Source: Eledone cirrhosa (taxonomy: Eukaryota). Taken from it: a DNA stretch of 64,000 nt. Each line of letters begins with the position of its first letter. The stretch's first letter is position 1. The notes below the pieces were generated by a model. The model did not search any database and was not told the origin of the DNA. It was given only the letters and a program-made list of their open reading frames with translations. The stretch lies in contig OZ024742.1 in NCBI GenBank assembly GCA_964016885.1, positions 267,716,001 through 267,780,000 on the forward strand. The letters are read 5' to 3'. Positions 38,687-50,939 of the stretch are shown here, piece by piece. A program made the translations under genes and the position numbers.

Positions 38687-39944
38687 TTGGGTTGGCAAAA
38701 AGTAATTTTGTTTTTTTAGTGTGAAAGTCACTTTTTTCATACAAAGAATGAACTTTAATCAATGATATATTTACCATTTTGTTCGAGGAATTTTTGCCAT
38801 CTTTTAGGCAACTTCATCATTCCGCGCTTACAGAACTTCTGGTCCTTATCAACAAAAAACTGAAGCAATTGCGATTTCAGGTCATCACCATTATTGAAGG
38901 TTTTACCATTCAAAGAATTTTGCATGTTTCTAAATAAATGTTAATCGGATGGTGCAACGTCAGGGCTCGATGGTGGGTGTGATATCACTTCCGCACCAAG
39001 CTCCAATAAAGTTTTACGAGTTAGAAAATACGTGTGTGGTCTAGCCTTGTAATGGTGGAACACGATTCCTTTACGATTTGCCAATTCTGGCCGTTTTTCT
39101 TTGATCGCTTCCTTCAGTTTCATTAATTGTTGACATCTGAATTGATCGTTTGATTCCTTGGAAGCAGCTCAAAGTACACACTACTTTTGTAATCCCACCA
39201 AATTGACAGCATGACCTTTTTTTAATGCACTTCAGCTTTCGATATGGTTTTTGCTGGTTCCTTACGCTTGGACTATGATCGTTTTCGATTTATGTTATTG
39301 TAGCCAATCAATTTTTCATCACCAGTGATGATTAGTTTCAAAGAAGGACGATTTTATTGCGTTTGAGAAACATCGCAAATATTGATTCGTTGTGTTAAGT
39401 GAATCTCTTTCAATTTATGTGGAACCCAAATATTGAGCTTCGTAAGGAGTCCAAGATATTTTAAATGATATTCAATTGGTGTGTGTGATACATTTAACCA
39501 CTCAGCAATCTCTCGCACAGTTATATGACAATCAGATTCAATTAAGGGTTTTATTCGGTCATCATCAATTTCAGTAGGTTGACCATCTTTGGTCATCTTT
39601 GAAAAATCTCCAGAACGGAATTTTTAAAGCCATTTCTGCACACTCTGTTAAGCAATTAACACCATAAAGTTCACATATCTCTTTGTGAGCCTCAGCAGCT
39701 TTCTTGCCTTTACGGAAGTAAAAAAGCAAAATATGGCGAAAATGTTCGTTTTTGCACTCCATGTTAAATTTGACCTTGAGCTAACATCTATAAAGAAAAT
39801 TGCGCGCAATTTGCTTATAAAATCAGCTAAAGGTAACGGCTATCATACATCAAAAGGAAAGAATCATAACATTGGCAAAAGTCATTCAAAGAAATGTAAC
39901 ATTGTCTATTTGCGAAAAAATAAATTACTTTTTTGCCAACCCAA
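38687..39944 (-). mobile_element. mariner DNA transposon (mellifera-like), full length, transposase disrupted
   Basis: TIR TTGGGTTGGCAAAAAGTAATTT at both ends; TA duplication; HFRHILLFYFRKGK, WVPHKL and SPDVAPSD. Confidence 0.93.
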
Positions 39945-39964
39945 TAGTCATTTCTTAAGGACAA

Positions 39965-40105
39965 GTAGGCTGAGCAGCCTCATTTGCATACCGGGCGAGT
40001 TATGGGTGACCGTGTCGACCCCCCCCCCCTCCTAAAAAAAATTATAATTTTATTTCTCGCTGCTACAGCTGTTACATGTAAGTATGATAAATGTAAGTAT
40101 GCATA

Positions 40106-40110
<5 letters not shown>
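39965..40110 (-). repeat. Diverged partial copy of the HHR repeat unit
   Basis: ggctgagcagcctcatttgcata matches the reverse complement of tatgcaaattaggctgctcagcc (40851-40873). Confidence 0.6.
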
Positions 40111-40142
<32 letters not shown>

Positions 40143-40226
40143 ACACATATATATGTATATATATATATATATATATGTAAGTATGTATGTATACGTACAT
40201 ACATATATGTATACAGACGTACAGCA

Positions 40227-40299
<73 letters not shown>

Positions 40300-40426
40300 C
40301 ATACATGCAGGTACACATACATATATGCACGCATCAGTTTAGCAGACGCTTATTATAGCGCTTGCTTTGTTCGTTTGTCAACAAACTGAACAGCCTGAAT
40401 TTATGCCATACGGTGTTAAGGCAATA

Positions 40427-40467
40427 CGGTGCTGATGATAGCTAACAAGCTTGAAACTAGTACATCG
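40427..40467 (+). ncRNA. Minimal type I hammerhead ribozyme, copy 1 (predicted cut after 40462)
   Basis: cggtg-CTGATGA-t agct aaca agct t-GAAA-ctag-TA-catcg; palindromic stem III ACTAGT. Confidence 0.85.
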
Positions 40468-40627
40468 TTCCTGTGTCAGTGTTGAACAAAAAGGTGACGT
40501 GGTTGCCTTAACACCGTATGGCATAAATTCAGGCTGTTCAGTTTGTTGACAAACGAACAAAGCAAGCGCTATAATAAGCGTCTGCTAAACTGATGCGTGC
40601 ATATATGTATGTGTACCTGCATGTATG

Positions 40628-40694
<67 letters not shown>

Positions 40695-40932
40695 TGCTGT
40701 ACGTCTGTATACATATATGTGTGTACGTATACATACATACTTACATTTAAGTAAGTGCCATACTAAGAGTGAGAAATGAAATTTCGTTTTTCGTTTTCAT
40801 TTTTTTCAACTTATCGTTTTCGGTATGCCTGACCGATTTAACTCACTCAATATGCAAATTAGGCTGCTCAGCCGTTAATTTTCATAAGGAAAGTATATAC
40901 TTTCGAACGTTCAACTATCTGGCAGATGGGTA

Positions 40933-40977
40933 AATGGTGCTGATGATAGCTAACAAGCTTGAAACTAGTACATCGTT
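40933..40977 (+). ncRNA. Minimal type I hammerhead ribozyme, copy 2 (predicted cut after 40970)
   Basis: aatggtg-CTGATGA-tagctaacaagctt-GAAA-ctag-TA-catcgtt; 7-bp stem I with G-U pairs. Confidence 0.88.
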
Positions 40978-41135
40978 CCTGTGTCAGTGTTGAACAAAAA
41001 GGTGACGTGGTTGCCTTAACACCGTATGGCATAAATTCAGGCTGTTCAGTTTGTTGACAAACGAACAAAGCAAGCGCTATAATAAGCGTCTGCTAAACTG
41101 ATGCGTGCATATATGTATGTGTACATGCATGTATG

Positions 41136-41216
<81 letters not shown>

Positions 41217-41331
41217 TGCTGTACGTCTGTATACATATATGTATGTACGTATACATACATACTTACATTTAAGTAAGTGCCATACTAAGAGTGAGAAATG
41301 AAATTTCGTTTTTCGTTTTCATTTTTTTCAA

Positions 41332-41388
<57 letters not shown>

Positions 41389-41391
<3 letters not shown>

Positions 41392-41928
41392 CAGAGGTTA
41401 TATTTAATTTGTTGGGATTCAACAAGCTTAAACATTTTTATAACTGATATAAAGCACTCAACAGTTTAGTGGAGTAAATATACAATATATTAATTGTTTC
41501 TACTTTATGCACAAGGCCAGTAATTACCCAGTGCATTACTGGTACTTTTTTTATCGACCCCGTAAGGATGAAAGGCAAAGTCAACCTTTACGGGATTTGA
41601 ACAATATATTAATAAATGGAAATTATATTTATAAAAACATAATTATTTTATTATATATATTTCAAGGGCAACCAAGGTAAATTATGGTGCGCTTTCACAA
41701 GATAAAATACAGATTTGTTTTATAAATAAATATTGACATACACGGAAAATATCCAGCGAATTTCAATCGTTGAGGTTGTCTTTTTTCTGGGTATGTCAAT
41801 ATTCATTTATAAAACAAATCTGTATTTTATCTGATGAAAACACACCATAATTTACCTTGGTTGCCCTTCAAATATATATAATAAAATAATTATGTTTTTA
41901 TAAATATAATTTCCATTTATTAATATAT

Positions 41929-41930
<2 letters not shown>
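41389..41930. mobile_element. Fold-back element in (TA)n, ~150-bp arms, HHR in both arms, left tail split by a SINE
   Basis: 41602-41750 is the reverse complement of 41780-41930; tattttat-CTGATGA...(G/C)AAA-tatata-TA-ataaaata at 41823-41888. Confidence 0.85.
41494..41601 (-). mobile_element. 5'-truncated SINE with ~13-bp TSD ACAATATATTAAT
   Basis: Same family as 30237-30424; direct repeat on both sides. Confidence 0.85.
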
Positions 41931-41978
<48 letters not shown>

Positions 41979-41982
<4 letters not shown>

Positions 41983-42304
41983 TATGCATGTATACGTACA
42001 TACATATATGTATACAGACGTACAGTAGCATGCATATATATATATATATATATATACATATATATATACATATGCATACAGGTACACATACATACATGCA
42101 CGTATCAGTTTAGCGGCGCTTATTATAACGTCGCTTTGTTCGTTTGTAAACAACAGTGTTGAACAAAAAGGTGACGTGGTTGCCTTAACACCGTATGGCA
42201 TAAATTCAGGCTGTTCAGTTTGTTTACAAACGAACAAAGCGACGTTATAATAAGCGCCGCTAAACTGATACGTGCATGTATGTATGTGTACCTGTATACA
42301 TATG

Positions 42305-42336
<32 letters not shown>

Positions 42337-42455
42337 TATGCATGCTACTGTACGTCTGTATACATATATGTATGTACGTATACATGCATACTTACATTTA
42401 AGTAAGTGCCATACTAAGAGTGAGAAATGAAATTTCGTTTTCATTTTGTTTCAAT
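41979..42455 (+). mobile_element. Second insertion of the 40.2-41.3 kb family: fold-back, 5'-truncated just downstream of the HHR
   Basis: 41979-42153 is the reverse complement of 42220-42394; same tail (aagtaagtgccatactaagagtgagaaatg). Confidence 0.85.
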
Positions 42456-42586
42456 TTATATAAATATATATTAATAAGAGGAATTCCAACTTTGTCTGAT
42501 TTACTCGTTTTATTTACAATCCTTTAAAATTTATAATGGTATTATAATGAAATAGTATGATAGAATATCAAATTCTAAGTGTTAAT

Positions 42587-42625
42587 TGAACAAGTACTTT
42601 CATGCTTTCGCAATCTTCAGGTTCA
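42587..42625 (-). ncRNA. Minimal hammerhead ribozyme in a PLE terminal fragment (42468-42680; same family as 55186-55459)
   Basis: Minus: tgaac-CTGAAGA-t tgc gaaa gca t-GAAA-gtac-TT-gttca. Confidence 0.85.
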
Positions 42626-42930
42626 TGATATGTGGTGACAGTCAAGTTTGCAATTTTCAACTGTAATGAGATGGGTAAATTTTGTACCTTATATACAGTG
42701 AAAAGTGGCTCCAGAATGCTAAATCTTGCAAACTGTATTTCGACCAATCGGTCGGTAGTTTCACTGAATTACTAAAGCTGATTGGTTTAAGCGCCACGGC
42801 TGGTTGAGCATGTCTAACGACCAATAATTAATTCTATCCAAAGCATCAATTGTTTTGCTATTTTTAGAAATGATGAAAATAGCATTTTCTAGTAATCATC
42901 ACCATCAACATCACTTTTATTATTATTATT

Positions 42931-42963
<33 letters not shown>

Positions 42964-43989
42964 AGTGGTCGTAGTTGATTGGCAATAATAATTTCTGGCA
43001 ATAATAATCGGCAATAATATTTTCTGGCAGGTCGTCCACTTATTTTGTAATAAGATGACATGCTCCTAACTTAGTAATAATTATATTAGCAATCAACATC
43101 CCTCCCCCACCGTCATCATGAACACCAACTTCCTCCTCATCATCGTTGTTGTCGACGTCATTATCATCAAAATCATCATCTATTGATAATTTTTGAGCTA
43201 TTACATTGAAAGTCACTTCATTTAATTTGGATGAGAAATAACTTGACAGAAATTTAAGGTATATAAGTTATTAATAATTTAAGTCAGGTGAAGGTAGATA
43301 TCAAAATAGAAGTAAATATATGAATGATTGATTAACTTAGCAAGTGATTAGCTCTAAATTTAGTGAATATTGTTATTTTAACATTACAATCATCATCATT
43401 ATAGGATTATTGGAAAATTAATCTATGAGCAACTGTGGAATATAAAGTAAATAAGATAAGGGATAATGCATTGGCAATCCTTAGCATATAAAGCTTGCTT
43501 GTAAACATCAACATCATCATCATAATCATCATCATCGTCCTCATCCTCACCATAATCATCATCATTGTTGTCATCATATTTTAGGGGATAACAGTTAGTC
43601 AAATAGTTAAATAAGAACTGAATGAACTTTAAATTTAACTGAAAGAAATGGATTTAAAAATTGCATTAGTTAAATTAAATTTGAGCTGATTATTTCCAGT
43701 GAATTTGTTTAATGGCAGCAACAAATTAAAACATTAAAATGAAGAAGCTAATTGTGATTAAAATTTAAAGAAATAAGCTTTTTAAACCGTGTCATATAGT
43801 AACAAACGCAGAAAAGGAGTGTGAATACAATTGTAAATTCGATTTTTTACAATTAACAAAGTTACATAATGAACTTATATATATTTCGCCTTGCATATCC
43901 GGCTAAGGTAAATACAAACAAGTATATTTACACAGGTATATTATAAGAGTACATATATACATACGTACACTTCTCTTATTTTCGCTCTC

Positions 43990-44823
43990 CCCCTTCTTCT
44001 CTCCTTCAAGCGCCCACGCAACCCCAGAAATCTCGTCTGCATTTCCCTTCCTCTCTCAACTCCTTCCACGGATCCTATTCCTGCTCCGGAGCCTGCTGCC
44101 TCACATGCAGCTTCATCACTAACAACACTACGGTTAATGGTCCCAACGGACAGTCCTTAGTTTAAGACACCTGCTTCACCCCAACCAATCGTGTCTACGA
44201 TTTCCATCGCACGTTATGTGAGGCCGTCTACATCGGAAAAATCGGTCGTCGACTAGCGGACAGGTTCATCTTGCATCTCCGGGACATACCGCATACCAGC
44301 TATTCTCTGGTCGACCAGCATTTCCGTTCCACCTCAGTTTTTTGCCAGTTTTTGCTTGATTCAGACTCATGCTCCAAAAGAGAACAGCGCATTGTATTTT
44401 CTCTTCAAACCTTTACTGGGAAACTCCCTAAATGCTTCGACCATATTCCTTTAGACAGCTCTTTCCTGACTCACTCGTGTCTACTCTCATACCAAAACCA
44501 TGCACCATATGATTGATTCCAAGAACACACCAACACACACACGTATATAAATATACTAACGCACATAGATACGAAAAAGCAGACAAACCACACAATAATT
44601 AATTACGTATACAAAGAATATTAATCACATAACTACTAATTAATTAAAGATTCTAACACGACCTACAAACTACATTAACACGGCCAATTGACTAACTAAC
44701 TCGACTAAACAACGTTGACCTTAACACTCAACATATTTTTTATTTTATTTTTGATTCTATCTGCTGATGAAGGGTGACCACCCGAAACGTTATGACTATC
44801 TTCCTATTATATCAAGGGTTAAA

Positions 44824-44830
<7 letters not shown>
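43990..44830 (+). mobile_element. PLE 3' fragment (Cys motif, GIY-YIG remnant, pLTR with HHR-like core at 44764-44792)
   Basis: CSGACCLTC, YIGKIGRRLADRF; CTGATGA-a gggt gacc accc-GAAACGTTA (stem I not evident). Confidence 0.75.
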
Positions 44831-44913
<83 letters not shown>

Positions 44914-44917
<4 letters not shown>

Positions 44918-45313
44918 TGTTATGTTTTGGGAGGGTCATGTTGCCAATAAGAAACACACGCACTAGTTGCTTTCACTTCAATTTATTATAAATTACATTT
45001 ATAAATTTAAGAATTTATAAATTTCCGGTTGGTTGGTTGGTTCCACAATCAGACGACTGTTCATATACTGTCAAAGTTCTTTCGTCACATATTATGTGAC
45101 CTCTTCAGTGACTGGGGATTCTTTTCTTTGTTTTTGTGCCTCTCCTTTGTTCTCTCCTACGCCATCTTGTTATAGGACAGAACAAAGGAGATGCACAAAA
45201 ACAAAGAAAAGTGCGTGTGTTTCTTATTGGCAACATGACCCTCCCAAAGCATAACAATATCGGTTTCAACACACGTTTTCAGATAAAGAATCTTGCTAAG
45301 CAAATTCAGAAAC

Positions 45314-45317
<4 letters not shown>
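44914..45317. mobile_element. Fold-back element in (TA)n; left arm has an HHR, right arm lacks ~156 nt and carries the tail
   Basis: 44914-44964 pairs with 45210-45260; 45121-45159 pairs with 45173-45211. Confidence 0.85.
45070..45112 (-). ncRNA. Minimal hammerhead ribozyme
   Basis: Minus: gtca-CTGAAGA-g gtcacat aat atgtgac-GAAA-gaac-TT-tgac. Confidence 0.82.
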
Positions 45318-45342
<25 letters not shown>

Positions 45343-45349
<7 letters not shown>

Positions 45350-45464
45350 TTTAACTCTTGATATAATAGGAAGAGAGTCATAACGTTTCGGGTGGTCACC
45401 CTTCATCAGCAGATAGAATAAAAAATAAAATAAAAAATAAATGTTCAGTGTTAAGTTCAACGTT
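45343..45464 (-). repeat. Inverted copy of pLTR end 44711-44830
   Basis: Reverse-complement match including the HHR-like core. Confidence 0.88.
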
Positions 45465-45840
45465 AGATTTAAGGGCTTATGCTAAGTGGTAGGATATTTC
45501 TTTTGGTTTATACTCATGTTTAGGTATAGTGTTTAACAAATCAAACAAAACGGATATAGAATATTGAGATTGGCCTCGATTTGTATGTCTTAAATTTATG
45601 GAATAAAAATACACTAATCGGTAAGAATTGTAATCGATATAACAATCTAAATGGTAATACTAACAGTGAAAGTGAAGAAGGTCATTTATTTTTTCTACAT
45701 TTACCAAATATTTTTTTAAATAATTAAATACAATATCATGATAGTTATATGGAACATTTAGACTGCTATCCCTCCATTCGAGACTATGGATTATAAATTT
45801 TGTGTGGGGGAACCGTAGTTAGGTAAATGTGGTAATAATT

Positions 45841-46026
45841 ATAATTGTTTCTACTTTAGGCACAAGGCGAGCAAATAATCCAGTGCATTACGGGTACTTT
45901 ATTTTATCGACCCCGTAAGGATGAAAGGAAAATTTAACCTCCACGAGGTTTGATCTCAGGCCGTAAAGGGGCGTAACTATGCTGGAAAGCATGGTGTCCG
46001 ACCCTCTACCGATACTGCCAATTCGC
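45841..46026 (-). mobile_element. SINE with 12-bp TSD GTGGTAATAATT
   Basis: Same family; TSD at 45829 and 46027. Confidence 0.88.
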
Positions 46027-47749
46027 GTGGTAATAATTTAATACGATTAAACTATATAAGTTAAAAATAAAATCGTGTTAAGTATATCTTTAGGATATTT
46101 TAAACTTAATTTACATAAGGAGAGTATGGTATTCCTTTGCAATTCATGTCAAAAATTCAGATTAAATTAACCCTTAAGATAGTTATAATCTATCTATATG
46201 TTTGAATGCGGATACTCTGCCTTCATTTCAAAAATTAATTCAAATCATATGAAATGAATTTAATTGTTAATTATTTAACATATATCATTAATCAAATTAT
46301 ATGTTTAACTAATTTAAATTTACTTAATTTTGATTTTCCGCTGTTGTATTTCATCCCTTGTATTTCTGGTAATTTTTACACCAACAATATTTATTTTCGC
46401 AGTCAGCACTCCAGACGCTCTTTTCTTTATTTCATGGCATAAATATTTATAAACGGTTCCATAATCCATACGATTAAAATTTCAAGCCAGAATTTAAACG
46501 CATTAATGACATTTCAGCTAGAGATATTAAAACCCTAAGTTTTATTTGCCAATAAAACAGATCTTTTTATTTAAATCCGAATATAATGCACAGATCACGC
46601 AAAATATTGATCATATCAAATGTATACAAATTCCCCGCTACGAACTGGTATAATTTGTAGAATTGATTTACCATAATAGCATGTAATACAAGAGTAACTT
46701 TCACCTTCATTGTCACATAATAGTTTTCAAGTATCAGAATTCTTAGACTGATTCGAATTGAAGAACAAATTCCTCCAGAAAGCCTATCTAAGTTTAGGTC
46801 CCATAGAGGAATAATCAATATGATGTTTTGTTTACGACAATGGCTAAAAAATGTCGTCCATTGTATACAACTTGTTATGAAATAATAAACTTTTTGGTTA
46901 AATTCCACCTGATATTGTGATAGCTCATGAAAGCCTCAGATGCCCACCTTTCTACTGATGAGTTTTCCAATCTTCTCCTAAATATATGTTGACAAATATT
47001 CTAAGAGTGAATGTCCGCTTTGCTTGTTAGAATACATGTTAAAATGTGTGATTTATTCTATTATCAATTCACAAATTCTTTTTCGATGCCCCTTGAAGAA
47101 CTACAGGCTACACCAGACAATTATGAATACTGTTTGAACATATTAGTACAGAGCAGGGTTTCTAACCTTTCTTGCGTCATCTCCCGATTTTCTTCTGCTC
47201 ACCTGTATAGTAAATATTCAAGTGTATACCTAAAATGTTTGGTAAAAGCTTGTTACCGGCTCGTAAACTGACCTTTTATGATGTATTAAAAGGTAACATA
47301 GAGAAGTAACAATCATACGGTTGCTGCTGCTGCTACTGCAGTATTAAATAACAAATGAAAGCAAATTTGACCATCTACAACTGTATTATATCAAATTTAA
47401 TTATAAAAGATAAAATTTAGTTTCATAATCAAGGTTAGTTTTATGTTTGTTTTATGTTTAGTGTTAGTGAGCATGTTACTAAGGAAACGTATCATATTTT
47501 GAATAAATCAGAGAAGTGAGTTTAAAAAATATGATTGTATCAAACAGTTTGACAAAACAGTCAACACAGTTGGCTTTTGACATATTGTACTTTAGTATAA
47601 TACAAAAGTCCCACATAATCATCATCATTATCGAACCGGAGATGACAGAACATTCGATTTTAGCTTGTTCACAGATTTAATACGTAACTGTAGCGTATGA
47701 CAAAGCCTCAAACAGTAAAACAGGATGCTCCATCAGATGCATAGGCAAA

Positions 47750-49650
47750 AATATTTATTTAAGGAGATGCTCGTCCGAGTTGTCCTGCTAGAGAATGGAG
47801 CGCAGGTGGCGTATAGCGATAGGGCCAGCAGATATGATAGCTAATTACGATATAAGTGGGCAACTGCCGGACAAATAAGCAAACCCGGACCAACACTGGT
47901 GAGCTACTAGTGGAGATGGAGCAATGAGAAACAGCTGTAGCTCAAACAAAAACTCTCACAACACAGTGACGTAGCTACGATGATGTGAGTAAAGGTCGCC
48001 TCTAAAAAAAGCCTAGATTTTGCAGGTTTGACAAAGTACCATACTGGTGATTGGCGACGGAAGACCATGGACAGTGAAACTACAATATGATGAGGAAACA
48101 AAAAACGAACCATACCACATCGTACTTTGCACGGGAAAGCAAGGGACGCGTTTAGGCCTTAGGTAGAGGGGCTTTTTCGAAACGTATATTGCAGTCTTCA
48201 TCTCATGCTGCAAAACCTAGCGATGTGCGTGCGACCTGTCCTAGGAAGTAAGGGATGGACGCACTAGATGAAACTCTACTATTCAGTTGTGGCACCAGAA
48301 ATCACTACAGAGGAGGGAGTGTAGATACTCACAATCACCGAGCTTTCAGAATGTGTTATGGATTGGATCCGGTGAGGAGGGAGAATTTGTCTCTTGAAGC
48401 TGACACTGATAAATATGTATCTGCGGGTGGTGCAGGTTTATGCACCAAACAAGGTGTCCTTCCGTGATGAAGTCACTGCAGCGCATTTGCACATTTTGGC
48501 ACTGATGACCTAACATATAAAGAATAACTGGAAGGAGTGTCGACCCCGATATAAATACAAATGGTGAAGCCTAACTAGACTTCTGTTCTAACATTGGACT
48601 CTATAAAGGGAATCAGGGACAGAGATCAATAATTGATTTTGTTATTGCCTCTTATCTGTTAAGAGAAGGGCTGAGCTGTCAATTGATCCACATCTTGTTA
48701 TCTGCAACATGAAACTAATAAAAGCCAAGGAAGCCCACGAAACTGGCCGGTCCATGGCGACCTACAGGGTAAACTGGGAAGCATTGGTTGAATGTACTGC
48801 AGGAGTATGAAATCGATGGTCACATCCTTGCTGCACTGATATCTATATACGAATGCCGGATTATTTGTGTTCTGATAAACGGTTCTGAATCGAAATCATT
48901 CAATGTGGGATTCTGATTCCACCAAGAGTACTTAATGTCACCTCCTCTTTGCATTATTTACATGTAAGGGTTGACATGCGCAGCCGGATTGGAAGTGGTA
49001 TCATGAGTGGCGGGTGTAAAATTGAACAACTGGAATTTGCAGACGACATGGTGTGACTTAACTCGAGAGAAAGTGACTTGCACTCGATAGGTTTGATGCC
49101 GAGGGCTGCTTAGCTGTTATAAAAATCAGTGTTGCGAAGACTAAGATATCCGTCCTTTCAAGGAAGCCTGTGCTGTGCATTCTACATGAGGCTGAATTAA
49201 GTGCACAAATTTTAGGAACTACTGCAGAAGTGCACCAGCATCAGGGTTAAGTAATAGGCAAACTCGCTATCTTCAATTCGCTATTCATGGCAACCCTTGC
49301 CTCTGGTAATGAATCTTGGGTAATGATCGAAATAATACGATCGCCAATACAAGCGGCCGGAAAGGGGTTCCTCTGAAGGGTATTTGGAGTAATATGACTC
49401 AAAAGAGTGCACAGCTCAGAGATCAGAGAGTCACTCCATGTAGAGCCACTGGATCTCCGAATTGAGAGCTCACAGCTCCCATACTATAGGCATGAGATTA
49501 GAATGTCTCAGGACATAATCGCTGGACAGATTTTACGGGCAAAAGCCAATGTGTAGGAGACCCAGTGATAGACCCCCCAGCATGATGGTGGGATAAGATC
49601 CATGAGCTTGATTGGTCTCACTTCGGGATCCAGGTGGACCAGTTGGAGGC
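47750..49650 (+). mobile_element. RTE-clade LINE remnant with internal deletions
   Basis: QRSIIDFVI (APE), EFADDM (RT) and GNESWVMIEIIRSPIQAAGKGFL*RVFGV (RTE-type C-terminus); boundaries approximate. Confidence 0.7.
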
Positions 49651-50244
49651 GTACATTTTCAGTTAAGCAACAATTGAACAGTTAACAGCATTTCACAACG
49701 CCGGATATTTTTGAAAATTAAAAACCGAACATACACCATCATGAAGCATTGACGTCACATACCTGTTGATTCATTAACACTTGTATGGAAAATTCATAAA
49801 GCTGGAGTTTATGGAAGCGTTGATGTTTGAGGTCTGCGGGCATTTCCTTTATATGTTGAGAAATTGCTTTATTAGTATGCGGAATTGTCATGATAATTGT
49901 GAGTCTTTTTATTTATTATGTTTGAGAGAACATCTTCAATAACAGGTCGAAGTAATGTTTCTCTTATAGTGAAAAACCAGTACCGAAATGTACCCGAAAT
50001 TTAGCCGTTATACTGCTGTGTAGTTTCTTTCTGAAATTCCGAGATCAACTATCGCTCTTCGAATGAGGTCTTAATTTGTAAGAAATATAACAATCAATTT
50101 TCTTTGTGGTCAGCAACCTTAGAATATAAATAATAATTTAAGCATGAATGCTTTATGGCTTCACTGCTTAAAGTTTGTTTGCACATGATACACATACATA
50201 ATTGACTGCTCTAACGAGAAACGACAAGCTATAAGATAAATAAT

Positions 50245-50430
50245 TGTTTCTACTTTGGCACAAGGCCAGCAATTATCCAGTGTATTACTGGTGCTTTATT
50301 TTATCGACCGCGTAATGATTAAAGACAAAGGTAACCTTGACGGATTTGAACTCAGAACGTACACAGCCATAACTCTATGCTGCAAAGCATGGTGCCAGAC
50401 GCTCTACCGATACTGTCAATTCACCGCTCT
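50245..50430 (-). mobile_element. SINE with 14-bp TSD ATAAGATAAATAAT
   Basis: Same family; direct repeat flanks. Confidence 0.88.
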
Positions 50431-50939
50431 TAAATAAGATAAATAATGTGTGTTGTATGGACGACAATGTTTCATTAAATATAGACATAGGGGTTTAAAA
50501 GTCGTAAAGTACACTAGAAAATAGTAGGAACAATAGACAACAAAATGTACGTTCAAAAATTTATATTGTTTCTTGAAGTCCGTTTTCAATAACCCACAAG
50601 TATAAGAACAACCGAACGTTGCAATCAATTTGTGATTAATACAATCCAACAACTTAAAGTGGTTGTCTGTGAGCATGCGAATTGAGCTGTGAACTGGTTC
50701 TCTCTTGAGATTCTCATATTTTGTGTGGCATTGCGATTCGCAGCTCTTTGTCTACAGCATGTCGTCAGAATTCTTAAAGGGCATTTCTTGTGTTAAATTT
50801 ATTTGTGATATATCGATGCTGCCGGCATTGGCGAGTTTATCCTGTGGTCATCTTTTAATTTTACCGCATCTTGAAAAGTCTTTTTTTAGTCTTCCCTCAT
50901 CTGATTTATATAAAAAATATTATTTTGACCTCAAAACAA

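Larger units (their letters stand above)
40175..41332 (+). mobile_element. Non-coding HHR retroelement (retrozyme-like): inverted arm plus ~1.8 tandem 508-nt units
   Basis: 40175-40424 is the reverse complement of 40503-40746; 40428-40810 recurs at 40936-41332; one HHR per unit; no credible ORF; (TA)n flanks. Confidence 0.85.

Noticed and set aside
40852-40859. Octamer ATGCAAAT in the HHR repeat unit (also at 39982 on the other strand) as an snRNA-type promoter
   Set aside because: No proximal sequence element could be recognised; an 8-mer in AT-rich DNA is weak evidence
44965-45120. Arm-specific deletions as spliced introns
   Set aside because: No consistent GT..AG boundaries; junctions show 2-3 nt microhomology instead
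47155-47175. hAT-like TIR (cagggtttctaacctt)
   Set aside because: No partner TIR or 8-bp TSD found
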